This document shows positions 10,577 through 23,957 of a stretch of 64,000 bases of DNA, piece by piece. The stretch spans positions 6,294,483-6,358,482 of the forward strand of contig SMSO01000032.1 in NCBI GenBank assembly GCA_004764695.1, given 5' to 3'. Every line of letters begins with the position of its first letter. Positions within the stretch are counted from its first letter, which is position 1. Under the pieces are notes generated by a model. The model saw only the letters and a list, made by a program, of their open reading frames with translations. It ran no database searches and was not told the DNA's origin. This DNA comes from Schizochytrium sp. TIO01 (taxonomy: Eukaryota; Protista; Bigyra: Labyrinthulomycetes). The position numbers and the translations under genes are program-made.

Positions 10577-13500
10577 GCTGGCCTAAGATCGTTGCGTTTT
10601 CGTTGAGGGCGCAGACGCTATTGAGTCAGGGTGGAGTTCACGAACGATGCTGGCGAGGAAGATTGCACTCCAAAGTAAAGTAAGGAAATGCCAAGAACAA
10701 CCGAACCAGCTGCAGGTTATGTCACGATCTATCTTCTTTCTCACAAGAAAGTCACTTCTTTTCTCTGGTCCTTCTCTTCTTCCTTTTTCTGCAAAACCTC
10801 GCGAGGTTTGCAGGACGCCAAGAAAGACGTGGATTTGCGGGAGACTCAGCACCCCGGAAAGGGCTGCTTAAAATGATATCGTTTATAGGAAGTACCAGAC
10901 TCTGTATATTAATATACATACTTGGCTGGTTTCTTAGCCGAAGCCACAAACGGGTTTCTTATAAAATTGCTGATATTCTTCGGGGGATGGGGAAGGGGCG
11001 AGGGCAGGAATCAGTCAAAGATTTGGTAAAGGATGAACTAGAAGATGCGACAATACAAATCAACTTTACACAAATATTGTTTTCGAGCAGACCAAAATAC
11101 TTTACCCTTAAAGGAGACAATCTTTCCTTTTGTTTCGCTAAACCTGGACCTTGTGTAAGTGTTATAAGTAGCTAGCAAGCGTGTTTGATTGAAGGAGGTA
11201 TGACTCAATCACTATTTTGTGCTCCTTTCCCCTACATCTATTGTACATTAGTCTCTCTCAGATGTGCATTTGTAGAATTACATAGTCTCATGCCATTTAT
11301 GAAATTAGTAAAGAAATGTCATAGTTTAGAATTCTTGCTATCCATGCAGCAAAATAAAAGCTTGTCCCTGGTTCTGTGTGTTATAGGTGTATGTATTTAG
11401 TGACAGAGCTTCGAACCAGCTTATATAAGAAATGTAAAGTTTAATCTTTATCAGAATTGAGCACTACACGGAAATTGTAGTAGAATAGGATCGGAAAGTC
11501 TTTCGAGTTACTAAATGAATGGAATTTAGAACTAAAGGTTTCAAGTTTTAAATTGTCTCATAGCAAATCTATGTATGTCAGGCTGGGCGTACTTTAATAT
11601 GCAATGGAGCTCGCTACGAGGCAGCCAAATTCACCTGTGTCGATTCTTACTTTCTATCGTCCATGAAACAGGGTTTGGCTGAGGATGCCAACAGCTCGGT
11701 TTCTATTGGGCAAGGTTCGTCGTGACCAGGATATGACAACGACTGCTTTAGATTTCTTGTCAAAATAAATATATGAATTACATATGTCTCAAGTAAATCT
11801 TCCTTATGTAAACAGAACAAACTATATACGTATGCACTTACATTTCTACAATTCCTACCATGTCACAACTCGATAGCGTGAGGACCAACGTTATCACTTG
11901 CAAACGCAGGTGCAATATATATATATACCCCTGACAGACATTCTAGAGAGCAAGGATCAATCGTGCCCTTTTGTCCACCCTAGAAATTTCATGACTGAAT
12001 TGCTAGCTTGAAGGGTTCATAATATTTCGCTTGTACGCCTCACAGTACCTACGTACCTACTGCTGCCATTCCTAAAAGATAAAACATAATCCTCAGGGCC
12101 TAATTTATCATAATGTTTCATATGAAAAAGAGAACAACAACAAAAGTGGCTCCAAACGAACCTTACATCCACTGCACCCTCTATTATCTTACCTTGAGCC
12201 TACATTTACCGCTGCTTTAGAATTGCACCAAAAAATCAAACCAGTCTCCAGAACAAGATCTTTCAAATTCGAGCCAAATTGGGGAAGAATTTAAAAAATA
12301 AAATGAAAAATCCTAGTATTCTTAGCCCCTTTTTGAACAACCACCACTGCAGCAATACTATTGGCTCAACGGCCAAAACTACGCCAAGCTCAGTTTAGAT
12401 TTCATTCTTGGCTAATGATGCCAGTGTTTTGAAGCTTTTAGCTTTTTTTGGTTCTTTTTTTTTGTTTCAAGCAAATGCTACTATGTTTGATTTTAGCTAA
12501 GATTTCAGCCATACTAGACTTGGCAGACCGATTCTGAAGCCAAAAGGAAGATTTGATCCTTCTCTGTTTAATAAGAGAAAGATGTCAATTAAAGATTGTG
12601 TTCAATGGACCGTGGGTACTTTACATCAAATTAGAAGCAAAGATTATATTTCAACTATTGAGCCTCACGACAATTCATCGGATTGATTGCAGTTGCATTT
12701 CAAATCGTTATTCAGAAAGAGTATGCCTCCTGAAAGGCCGCTTCCGATTTTGCGACCAGTTCCAGTTGAGCATTTACCTTGAAAGATCAACTAATGCACT
12801 CAGGAACCATTACAGAAAATTTGATTTCGACTGTTTCTGACAAGACCGGAAAACAAAGCGGACAGGAATACTGGAAATGCAAGCTGGCATTAGAAAAGCC
12901 TATTTAGGCCCCACCGAGAAGGTCATTGTGAAAACAAATTATCATAGGCCCGGCCTGGACGAAGCTTTTTGGTTACCGGCACATTTGCGATCTCTGCCCA
13001 GCGCGTGAAAGTGGGCACCAGGTACTAGTAATACTGCTAAGAGTAGTTCCCTACAACCTAGTAGCCATAAGTTCATAAGGTCCCCCTTAGATTTACAAAC
13101 ATGAACTTACGAGCTAAAAGCAGCAAACTAGACGATGACATTGCTTTCAACCAGTCAGTATCTACAAAGCTCAAATTCATCGAAGTGATAAAAGCGTTTT
13201 AGCTTTCGAGCCCCACGGCCGCGACAGCCGTCACGATCATTCCTAAGATCGTCGTGTTGCGCACACACGTTCCTCATTGGCTTTTGAACTACCTGTTTTT
13301 TGTTTTGTTTTTTTAATTAATTTAATTTACGCAATCTAATTTTCACTAATGTACTACTAGTAGTAGCTATTATCACATACCCTTTTTTTTGTTGTTTTAT
13401 TTAATTTTAAATCATTATTTTTATCAGATTTCGTGGCCATCGCACTTCCCTTTATGCCTGCCTTTTGAATTGCCACCGTTCTCCTACCATACGATCAACC

Positions 13501-16500
13501 ATGCGTTGTGGCGTCCCAATCAAGCCGGTGCTCCAGGTCCTTGGCCACTTCAAGTTTACTCAAACAAGCCATCATCGAAACGAGCCTGCTCTCGATACAC
13601 TATGCATCATTTCTTGAATGTCTTTACGGAGCTCCGAGCAGCGATCCTACAAATGCGTTCTCTATTGCAGTGATGAGGAGGCCGCACACTAAGATCGTCA
13701 TCATGCAGGTGGCAGCAATAGTGTGAGCTTTCCTTGCTCGATACGCTGCGTCTCACCTTGAGGAACAAAGTAACTTCCTGCATTTTCTGCTTTTGCGGCA
13801 GTTCTGCGACACTTGTAAATTCGGATAGCAAAGAGTGGCCGACGTGTGCAGCGCCTTTCGTGCAAAGCGTCGCCATGCGCTGTTCGTTCCCTCGCCTGGG
13901 CCGTCCGTTTGCAACTCCCTCCCAGTAATCAATCCGCTCCCCAGCCTGCGTGTGAGCAACTTTCACTCACTACCACCACAATCATAAAAAGCAAGAGCGA
14001 CCACAAGAATTGAAGATCCAAAGACCAGATCATTTTCCAAGCGATTCTCAGGTTCCCGAGTTCTTCGACTTCGACCTCAGCGGAAAGACCTTTGGCGCTG
14101 CCAAACTTTCAGAACTTGCCCTTCTGGAGATAAATGGATGCATTTTAGCTCAAGTATCGTAGAATCACTGTGGCGACGATAATGGTCACATAGGCCAATG
14201 CAATTTCAACTATGAGCTCGCAATGAGGATCGCAACATAGACTCTTTTCTCTAACTTGACAGCTCCTAAATCGATCCTGTCCGCACTTGTAGATCGCTCC
14301 TGCGCGTGCAACTACGGCACTTGTAATTTCTGGCAGTTTGCAGTTATTTCTATTCTTTTAAAGCTCAAGACCAGACATACCAAATCTCCACGATCTGATC
14401 ACAAAGCTACGCAATCAAATAAATGCGCATTCCAAGTCATTGCCCTTTTACTCGGCTACTCAGCCGCCGGCTGTAAATGCCAACAGAAGCACAAAATGAT
14501 GCTATTTCCGTTGACTCGGAATCGCTTGTCATTCATGAACATCCCCAACTTACTAAAAAAGCTTTGCAACTACTATAAATAGCAGCCACTTTCAGTCGCT
14601 CGAATGATCTCTGCCAAATCGAAGTTTAAGGTGATCAGTCCTTTTGCTTTTCGACTTTCGATGCACAGTTATTCTCTTAAAGAGCGAGGCCCAATTAAGC
14701 TTTTTTATTGGCGACGCTTCGCAAATGAAATTGACTGGCATCGTCAAGCGGTGCGCATGGGTTTGACTGCCTCGAGTTCACTCTGTGCCTATCAACATTG
14801 GTGAATGAACCTTCGCTCGGGCTGGCTGCTCAGTGTAAAGATGCAGTCTGCGGTCACATCCGCACAGACTTTCACGGCCAGAGTCGGCGTCATAGTGAGT
14901 GCTTGTTGGTGGATGCCACATTGCAATCCCGAGAGATGATTGTAGCAGATTCATTGGTAGCAGTAGGTCAACGGCCAATCGACTTGCATTATTTATCCCA
15001 GCGCCCGAAGTCGAGAGTGAAGACAATCATCACTCCACTCCGAGTTACGAAAGATTTCTCGAGGCGGAGTAATTTGTGTTGAATGCAGATGAAAGTACCG
15101 CTGACACCGTGCTGATGTGGTAACGAACGGGTGTCCGTACAATGAAAATGTATTACAACAAGTCCTTCTTCGTGTGGAGGGAGGATTTCCTCTGCATTCC
15201 ACTGGCACAGAGACCAAGAACTTTTGCAGCTCGCGCTAGTTTCAGCAGATTAAGGACTTGGTCTAAAGGACAATCCTCCAACTACTAGCCATAAGTTATT
15301 CATTCAGGCCCGACTCCTAAGATTCTCTCCGCGATTTCCTGATCTCGACTTCGTTTCACCAAACAAACGAACGAACAAAAAATGTAAGTCAGAGCGACAT
15401 CGAAACATCAAAACAAACTTCGAACGAACTAACGAGCGAACAAACTTCACGTGCCGGCGACTTTGCTGCGCATGACGCAGGGCCTCATGACTCGGCGCTG
15501 TCTCACGCGAACTTGGCCACGGAGTTCAACCCCCATTGGCATACAAGCTAATAGTTGACGAAGAACCTGAAGATTACGACCCGCGAAGTCTCGGCGCATA
15601 TTTTATGCATATTCTCACAATTATGACGGTAGCAGCGTACGCCAACACAATAAGTTAAGGCTTGACGCCAACTCGCAGTTACATTCGGCTTGGTCGCCAT
15701 CTCCGTCCTGAAGAATCAGTGAAACTCATCCTAGCTTGCAATTCGAGCAGCCAATCTTCAGTCATCGAGGTCAGCAGGGCTTCTTCACTCTGTGCAGCGG
15801 TGCATGTCCAATGACTACCTGGATAATAAATAATAAGTAGTGACCCTTGAATTTCTCAAGATCAAGCTGTTCTCACGAGCCATGGCGGTCTTGGCGAAGG
15901 CTAGCTCGGCTTTAGAAGAGTTCATGCAGGAACGAGCTGCTAGCCAGCCCGACCAGCGAAAACTCGTGCGGCTCGATTGAAGCGTGAAGAGTTTGGGCTC
16001 CTTTGCTGCTGCGCATTGATGAGTGCTTATAGAAAGTTTGTTATTTTCTTTTATTATTTTCTTTTTAGAATTGAAATTTATAAGTTAATTTTCAATTACG
16101 TAGATTTTAAATCTTGTTTGTGCTGGTTGATTTGATGAGGGCGACAAGTGCTTCTGAAAATGGGTCCTGATAATAATATATACACATGTTTCATAGAAAA
16201 CTTCGTCCGAAAGCGAGTGAGGAGCTCGCACCGCCCAAGCCTTCGAGTCCTTACCAGTCGCAACAAATGATCCTCGAAGTCTGCAAAATCAGGTTACCTT
16301 TTTTATAACCTTTTTATTTTATTTTTTTAATAAAATAATAAAAATAAGTTAACAATTGACCAAGTAGACTACTAGAAAAAAAACTAGGCGCGAGTAATCC
16401 TTGAACATCTTGCAAATAATAGGGCTAACTATGGCAGCTAGTAAGAGAGGTGTGTGCTATGTACTACGCTCAATGATAATGCAGCGTGCGAAGATTGTAG

Positions 16501-19500
16501 AAACCCTAGTACAGTCGTGCTCGCTCTGCCTTAACCATGTTGCTAGCCGTGAGGTGGGCTCGCATTAAACCCTCAGTGCAATGTATACAACTTCAACTTG
16601 CCATTGAGCCGGCTTCTGGTTTGTCACGGCCTTCAGTCTCGCCAGCAATTGCCACTGAGCCGAGCATCATCACGAGCTCGCACACCCAATATTTCAAACC
16701 AGACCTGCGTATTATATGCTAAATGTCAAACGCTCGCTTCCTCATAGATATATTAAATTCAAAGTTGCGATTATGAGATAAAATACAACGAGTCCGGTAA
16801 GATATTGTAATGCCGCTCGTCCGGGCTGTAGGAGGAAGAAAGCGAGGAAAAGGAAAAGAAAGGGAAAAAGAGGCCAAATGGAAGAAACTGCTTTTCTTCC
16901 TTCATGTTTAATCTATAAAAATAGCAAAAGATCACGAAAAATAGCATATTAGCAATGATACCTATTTCGATCAAATATAAAAAGTGCAATTAATTTGTAG
17001 GATTGTCATTAGCGGATGAAATAGTAATCGGATCATTCAGATGGAGGAAAATAAGTTAGAATCAAAAATGGAGTTTTAATTTGATTTTTTGTATTTTATA
17101 ATTTTATTTTTTTACATGAAATAAATAAATAGCTTTTATACGAAGAGTAGGCACGGATAGAGAATAAAGTATTTCTCAGTTGACTGTTTGTTTGTTTATT
17201 TTGTTTCAACATGCTTTTGTTTTCTTGCCACGATGCTGCCTACTGTCTTCACGTTAAGTTCGCATCGTACTAGGCCCCTTTGAGATCCAATGCAAGCCTC
17301 AGATTGTTTTGGTGATATTCTCCAACGGCAGCTAGAAGTAAGCTTCATCTTCGCTTTCTGAGACACGAAGGTCTTGAACTTCAAGTTGAACAGAGTTACT
17401 CTGCCACAAGCCCCGCGCGGTGACCTACAGTTTACCATAATAGTTGGAGATATATCTCCGCACGTGCGGCACGTGCCCAGAGATGAAGAGCTTTCAAGTT
17501 GCAGCACTTGGCGATGTTGTCGCTGAGCAAGTTAAAGACTTGCTTGGTGTTGAGGTCCGAGTCGGGACTAGAAGTAAGTATGATTGGAAAAGATCGCTAT
17601 GGCCGGTTTCAAGTTATCGAGATAGTGAACTGTCGTCAATGGCGATCTCGAAGGAGGTGCTCATTCATGGCCGTTTGAAGCAGTTAGAAAAAGGAGAGAA
17701 CCTCCCTGGGCCAGATGCTGTGAATAAAAGAAAGTGAACTACAGCATAGTAGTTGGCTTAGAGAAGATGCAGTAATGACGTCACGCCTTCTTCCCTTCAA
17801 ATGGAAGCCTCAGGCTGAGTGAGCTACCAAGTTTGCCATAATAGCAGCCGTTCTTCATAAGCTTCGCGCTATGCAAATGACTATAAGTCTCCTGCTGTGA
17901 CTCCTGACAGCCAGTTAGTCAGTAGGTATGTCTGTATGTATTTAGTTAATCACTTACTCAGTCAGCGTCAATCACCGTGATTTACGTTGCGCTCAATCGC
18001 GCTGGCATCGGCTCAGACGAAGCTAAATGAAACTGAGTCAGTCAAGTTGCAATCATTGCGCTCTGAGAATGAAGTTTGGCAGCTGAGCCGTGATCATTGG
18101 CCGCAGCTAAGTCCAAAGTACAAGTCGAACTAACTTACAAACACCAGTCTCAGCCCATGCAGAAGTCTCATTCGATTCCACTTCCTGGCAGCTCATGTTC
18201 CTCTAAAGTTTCCTTCTCACTCACTCGCTCATGTCAGAATCATCAACGTTGGTGATGATTAGTTCCACCATCACCAGTAATCGTCGCGGGTCAAGTCCTC
18301 CCTTCACTCATTTATTCATTTATTCATTCATTCCTTCGTTCGTTCATCTGCCTTGAAGTTACGCAATTCCATAGCTAGTCACTGAGAGAGAGTGAGTCTT
18401 TTGCGCTGAGTTGTCCGCAGGTTTTGACTTGAGGAAGGAAGGTGAGCTGAGAAGAAACGAAGTAAATAAAAGTGAATGCCTGCGAACTTAAAGGTTCTTC
18501 AAGTCATCCCCATCCCATCTCTCTGCTATCAAGAGAATCAATCCCCATCGCCACAGCCTGCCAGCGAAGACGGGAGCCTGAGAGAATACGTCCAAGAGTC
18601 GAATTGGGCAGATGCGAGGAGGAGAAGAGAACTAAGCGGGAAAGTTAAGCAAACAAACACCCAAATCGCGAACAACTTCAAGTTGTTTCTGTGTTGAACA
18701 AAAAGAAAATTTTTACTACCTACTAAAAGAAAGGAGAAGAAAATCAGAACAATCATTCGATTAATTTTATTTTAAAAGTAATAATAATAAGCGAAGAAGA
18801 ATAGAAGGAATAGAAAGAAAAGGAAAGAAAAGAGAGCGAAAGAAAACAAACAGCAAGCAAACTAGCTTCTCTCCAAGCCTCCATCCCTCGCTCCGTACCT
18901 CCAACGCAGAGCCACGAGCCTTCCTAAAATTGCAGACCGGACGATCCAGAGAGCAAGCGCTCAAGCAAACAGTCAAACCAAGTGGCAAACCCTGCGTATG
19001 GCGTGCACCTGGTTTAAGACGGCAGCAATCGCATCAGCACGTATCAGCACGTATCAGCACGGATAGACGAACCGTGGCTTCCTTGTCGAAGAGCGGCAAA
19101 CTTGATAATAAGACTTTGGCAGCAAGAACATCAACTGCAGCAATACCAAAATTACACGAGGGACCTATTGTGATTTGTGATTTAAGTTGCGTACATACTT
19201 CTAGGGACTCGGCGTAGAACTCGTTCTATACTACAAATTGGGCGTGCTACTCTCGCTACTCTCTACTCTCTGTGAAGGTAGAGTCCGCTCTCTCACACAC
19301 TCACTCATTCGTGAAGTAGGCCAGCTCGAAAGCATCTGCCTTGCGAAGTAGGCTTACCCTAACTCCAGATTCCGGTGCAGCAGTACCATATCCCACAGGA
19401 GGAGCAAAGGCCCTTGCTTGCTTGTTGAACACGCTGCTTCACTTGTCAATAAAAATAGAGACACCAGACGACTATACCTCAACTCCGAAGAACCTCTTGT

Positions 19501-19716
19501 GTTTATTTCTCGAACTCTGTGGATTGTGCCTAGGACGAGGCAAATAGTGCCGGGGAAGAACGAAATAGCAGACGGAGAGCCCCTGCTGAGCTTTCTTTCC
19601 CACTAACGTGCGAACGAGCCAGCACGTACCACGACAAAAGAGTGAGGAACGCTTTGGGAAATATTTGAAATCTTGAATTCCTAGGCGTCACCAAACCTCT
19701 TTTCGGCCAAGCCACT

Positions 19717-20556
19717 ATGAAGAGTCTTCGAAAGAGCCTCAAGCGACTGAGTCAGTCGCGCGATCGTAAATCACTCATGAGACCCGAAGAGGACGATGAA
19801 CAGCCGCTCCTCCAAAAGACAGAAAGCTACGCACGACGAGAAAAGTCTGGTCGCTCCTTTGTAGAGCCGCGTATCATGACCAAGAAGAAGTCGCGCAGCA
19901 ATATGGTGTCAAAGCGCTTATCACCTGTCCGCGAGGGATCTCCAACCCCCAAGCCTCTCACAAGCATTGGACGGGACATCCAGGAGCTCGATTTTGAAGA
20001 AGAGCTTATTCCTCGTGAGTTCCCAACGCGCCCGGGGCCTCATCACAAGCCTTCCAAAACACGTCGTGGGGGTTCTGATTTTATTACAATAGACCCGAAT
20101 AACCCATTTTCGGGCAAGTGGCTGAGCGAAAGTGTTGGAGACGAGGAAAACTTCCTTACAGAGCTCGAGGTATCCTCGAAGTACTCTAAGTTAGCGTCTA
20201 AATTCGGGGGCTCCCAGCAACAAACCCTCGATATCGTACAACTTGGAAATCGCTTTACAATCACGTCTAACAACGACCGCAGGGAGGTGGTGCACAAGTT
20301 TACTATTGGAAAAGAATTTTATAGCGAAAATGAAAAAGGAGATCCTATTATTTGCAATGCCACGTGGGAAAGTGACATGCCAAATACCGTGCTCATCGTT
20401 CATGCACGTATTGATTGCCAAGAGCCCGGCACTCCTCATGGGAGTGTTCGTATCACTCGGCGTGAAATTCTGTCCTCCGGGCAGCTCCGTGAAGAGGTCT
20501 GTGAAGAAGATAGATCGGGTAATAATACTACCCGTAGCTACAAACGTACTCGGTAA
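19717..20556 (+). CDS. Protein with C-terminal FABP/intracellular lipid-binding (calycin) domain and basic disordered N-terminus
   Basis: 279 aa. The last ~150 aa follow the FABP pattern: FSGKW..ENFLTELEV..LAS..TLDIVQLGNRFTI..HKFTIGKEF..GDPIICNATWE..ITRREI..GQL..TRSYKR. Confidence 0.75.
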   Translation: MKSLRKSLKRLSQSRDRKSLMRPEEDDEQPLLQKTESYARREKSGRSFVEPRIMTKKKSRSNMVSKRLSPVREGSPTPKPLTSIGRDIQELDFEEELIPREFPTRPGPHHKPSKTRRGGSDFITIDPNNPFSGKWLSESVGDEENFLTELEVSSKYSKLASKFGGSQQQTLDIVQLGNRFTITSNNDRREVVHKFTIGKEFYSENEKGDPIICNATWESDMPNTVLIVHARIDCQEPGTPHGSVRITRREILSSGQLREEVCEEDRSGNNTTRSYKRTR

Positions 20557-22037
20557 GACACGATCTTGGTGATCATCACTTTCACGAGCTCCGGGTTCTC
20601 CCGTCATGCGCGATGTTTATTTCTCCACCCCCAACCCAACACACACACACACACCTTGTTTCAAACCAACAAGATATTGTCTATATTGTAGCTCTTGTAT
20701 TTGAGCTCTGCCCTGCACACACAAAACAACCACCATCATCTATGCTTTTCTTTGACTTTTCTGGTCGAGACCATTTTCACACGGCAATTGTTCGACTTCA
20801 AGACCGGCAGTGGACTTGACTCAGCTTACCTTCTTTTTGTTCTCAGTACCCGCTATTTTTTTTTCCAACTCTATATATAAATGCAACAACTATAGCGCAC
20901 CGTGACGGGTAACCATGTCCAGCATATCTGCTTTACGTGTATGCCCACTTGATGAGCAAGATTGGTGCACTGTGGATTTTATTTGATGTTGACTTTGCAT
21001 TACACAACGAGTTGGCAATCCAACCTCTGTTTACCATTGAAAATTATGAATTCTTACATAACAGCTTGACTTCTTTTTATGTCTCACCTTTATGTTCTTG
21101 ATCCGGTGACTTATCCCTCTTATAAATTCTTATATATTAGTCAGATTTATTTCCTGGAGCAAATGCCAAGTGCTTTTAAAGGACTAAGTAATATCTACAA
21201 CATCTGAATTAAACGCACATTAATTTTTGCACAAAGATTTCCAACATTCAAAGCGGGTGACCACAATGAGATTGCTGATTTTACAATCAACGCAGGATAC
21301 CTCGTAGTCATTGGGCATGAGCATCTGGCAACCGCAATTGTTAACTTTAAGAAACTAGCTGAGGAAGTAGATATATTTTATGAAAATGACTATTGTAAAA
21401 CCAGACCAAATACGTGGGTGACAGTACAGAATATTGAAGCTATCTTGCAACAAGATAGAAAGTCCACGTTTGAGCAAACCTAAAGCTTCCCTTGTCAATA
21501 CATCCTAGTGAAGGCTAGCATGCTCGCATTTATTCGCAAACCTTGAAGTGCATTACCTTTGCCACTGAACAATGTAGTACTATAGAAAAAGCCGAGGCAG
21601 AAGCTTGATTAAGGCTGCTCATGAAGATTCATTCTGAACTTGTTGTAGAGTGCATACGTCGATTCGAAACTTAATCTTTCCAATTCAATTAAATTCTTAG
21701 CATTTCTCTCCCAACGGAGACATGTCTATGGTTGGAGATTTCGAGAATTTCAGGGTCTTGTATGACTGAATGATTTAGGCATTTAAAGTTCCAGAAAATT
21801 TGAACCCATACACTTTACTTCTAGTTTCAGAATAGCGCTGTGTGTAAAGGCGAGAGTATAATAAAAACTTGGATAATCTTATACAAACCCTAGTCACTCC
21901 GCGATTATGATTCTTAGCTAGTGACAAGACGATTATGAATGAGTTTCAACGTCATGATTGTCTATAAAACGTAGTCCAAATTTAAACGCTGACATTTCTT
22001 TGTGAAGTGTGCCGATCCTCGAAGGTAGATCATATTG

Positions 22038-22760
22038 TCAAAGTCATGTCTCAAGGAACTTCCCAAGCGAATATGCCAAGTGCTTAATCATGTCCTTATA
22101 GATCAAGTTGAATTTTGGATGAAAACCTTAGATCGCTTGGTCCTACTACACTGCTATCAAGGTTGGCAAGTTCCTTGAGAATCTAAATCTCATTGTGGAA
22201 TAGCATAGTGGCGCTTTTGCCTTAGTCTTTCTCTCAACGAGCATGACTATTTGTATGTGTCAATATCCAGGAATGGACTGCTTGATGTATACGAGCATAG
22301 CGATGTGGACCGTGACCTTAAGTCTCGTAACTTTATGATGCATTGGAATGAGTTAGTCTATTAATTGATTCCAGTATGACAAAATCGAATCCAAGTGACA
22401 CGTGATAAGTTGATTGCTATAGATGCGGCATATCAAACAAAACAGTTCATCCAGGTAATTGATTTCATAGTAGCTTAAATTCTGTTTGGCTACCTCAATT
22501 AGTATCTACCTGAACTAGTAAATAAATATACGAATTGCAACATCTGGTCTAATGCATCAATATTATGGTATCTTTTGCTCTCCTCGTAGCTGTAGCATTG
22601 TTACCTATGTTTTCGACGGCACGTTGCGGATGTGGTACTGAGCTCAACTTTTACCGTTCAGGAGGGTTGATGGCGTTGGGCAAGATATCACGTGCAGCTT
22701 GTATTGGGTGCTTAAATATGTGATCAACAACGAAGCACTATAGTTTTAAAAGAAGTCGTC
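22038..22760 (+). pseudogene. Decayed Ser/Thr protein kinase (CAMK/CDPK-like C-lobe), single frame with many stops
   Basis: All in one frame: GLLDVYEHSDVDRDLKSRNF (22308-22331), IQVIDF (22449-22466), GYLN*YLPE, KYTNCNIWSNASILWYLL, FTVQEG*W, CDQQRST. These correspond to kinase subdomains VIb, VII, VIII, IX and XI in order. Confidence 0.7.
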
Positions 22761-23957
22761 ATAAGTTTATGTAGATTGCCACTATCCCTATCAAAGCCGT
22801 TGCGATCTTTGGTAGTTATTTTTTTCTGTTCATTCTTCATAAACGTGGGCTGTGCCCCTGGAGGTATTGCTTTCTATCACTCTTGGCAAACCATATAAGG
22901 ATCAACAAACGAATTCTCAAAGCCACTTTAGTACAGTGAACTGGGGACACCCCAAATATGAATCAAGTGCCTAGGGGTTTTGAGGCTCGAAACCACCACT
23001 GCGAGCTCGACTACATCGTTCAGGCTAATTTAATGTTGCATCTATTCTCAGAATTTTAAATCGCCGAGCCATCTGGTTGGTTTTCGCCCTAAAGAAAGCC
23101 TGTCTTGAAGTCTCTACTGCAGAGATTACTTTTCCCGTGTCTGTTGAAGTCACGTGTATCTTTCCGGCCAGTCTTGTACCTGATGAAGCCCAATCACGCA
23201 TTGATTCTGCAATACTGGAAGTACTGGTTATAAATAGAACGTATCTTCACCAGAACATACAGCTGTTGCCCTTTTTTCACTCAAAACCAACTCTTTATCC
23301 ACATCTCCGTTCATGCATGCCACGCATTACTAAAAACACAGAAGCTATGCAGCATTTCCTGCTCATCTAGCGAACTCGTACACAGACCTACTATTGATTC
23401 TCCCTAATAGGGGTTGCTTGAACAATTTCTTGCTTCCTCGTTGCGACTTTGCAAAAGCTAATAACTGAGTCAATTGTTGTTGGATTTTTACTCTAAGCGG
23501 CGTATGCCACATCCCGGGGTCTCTTTGCCAGGACGTCGTGTCAAACAACGTGTGCTTAACTCGTGTCCCTTAAAAGTTGGAAGCAACGCACAAGCTTTAC
23601 GTCTGGTGCCAAAGCTCATCTCTCGAAGTCGTTTAGTTCTCGTCAAGTGAGAGAATCAGGGGTCCACAGAAACAGACTATCTGGAGCCTCTTCGCAAGAA
23701 GAGAATTTGTTGACAATCCACACTGCAATAAAGAAGACCAGGGAGCAAAACAAGTAAGCAACCTCTTCGGTAAAAGAAAAACTCAAGTAGGTTAACACTC
23801 AAAGGTTGCAATCAACTTGGTCATCACTAAACGGGAGTTTTCCAGGCAGGACATAAAGGGCATAGCAGATAGCTCCAGTTATCACGAAGCGAACACAGTC
23901 TCGACATCTTTACCTGAACAAGTGAATTGTACTAGTAGTTTACAAACTGCAAACAAT

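Noticed and set aside
10873-11800. PH-like peptide RPKYFTLKGDNLSF and kinase-like YAMELA / ALDFL peptides
   Set aside because: Only short isolated patches, with no catalytic motifs in order; within chance.
17230-17737. Kinase-like patches (AF*D..APRGDL, YRDS..GRLK)
   Set aside because: Spacing is inconsistent and frames differ; too weak to call without a profile search.
23817-23957. Non-ATG starts in the ORF track (also 44272 and 57978)
   Set aside because: For eukaryotic nuclear genes the first in-frame ATGs (23958, 44329, 57936) were used instead.
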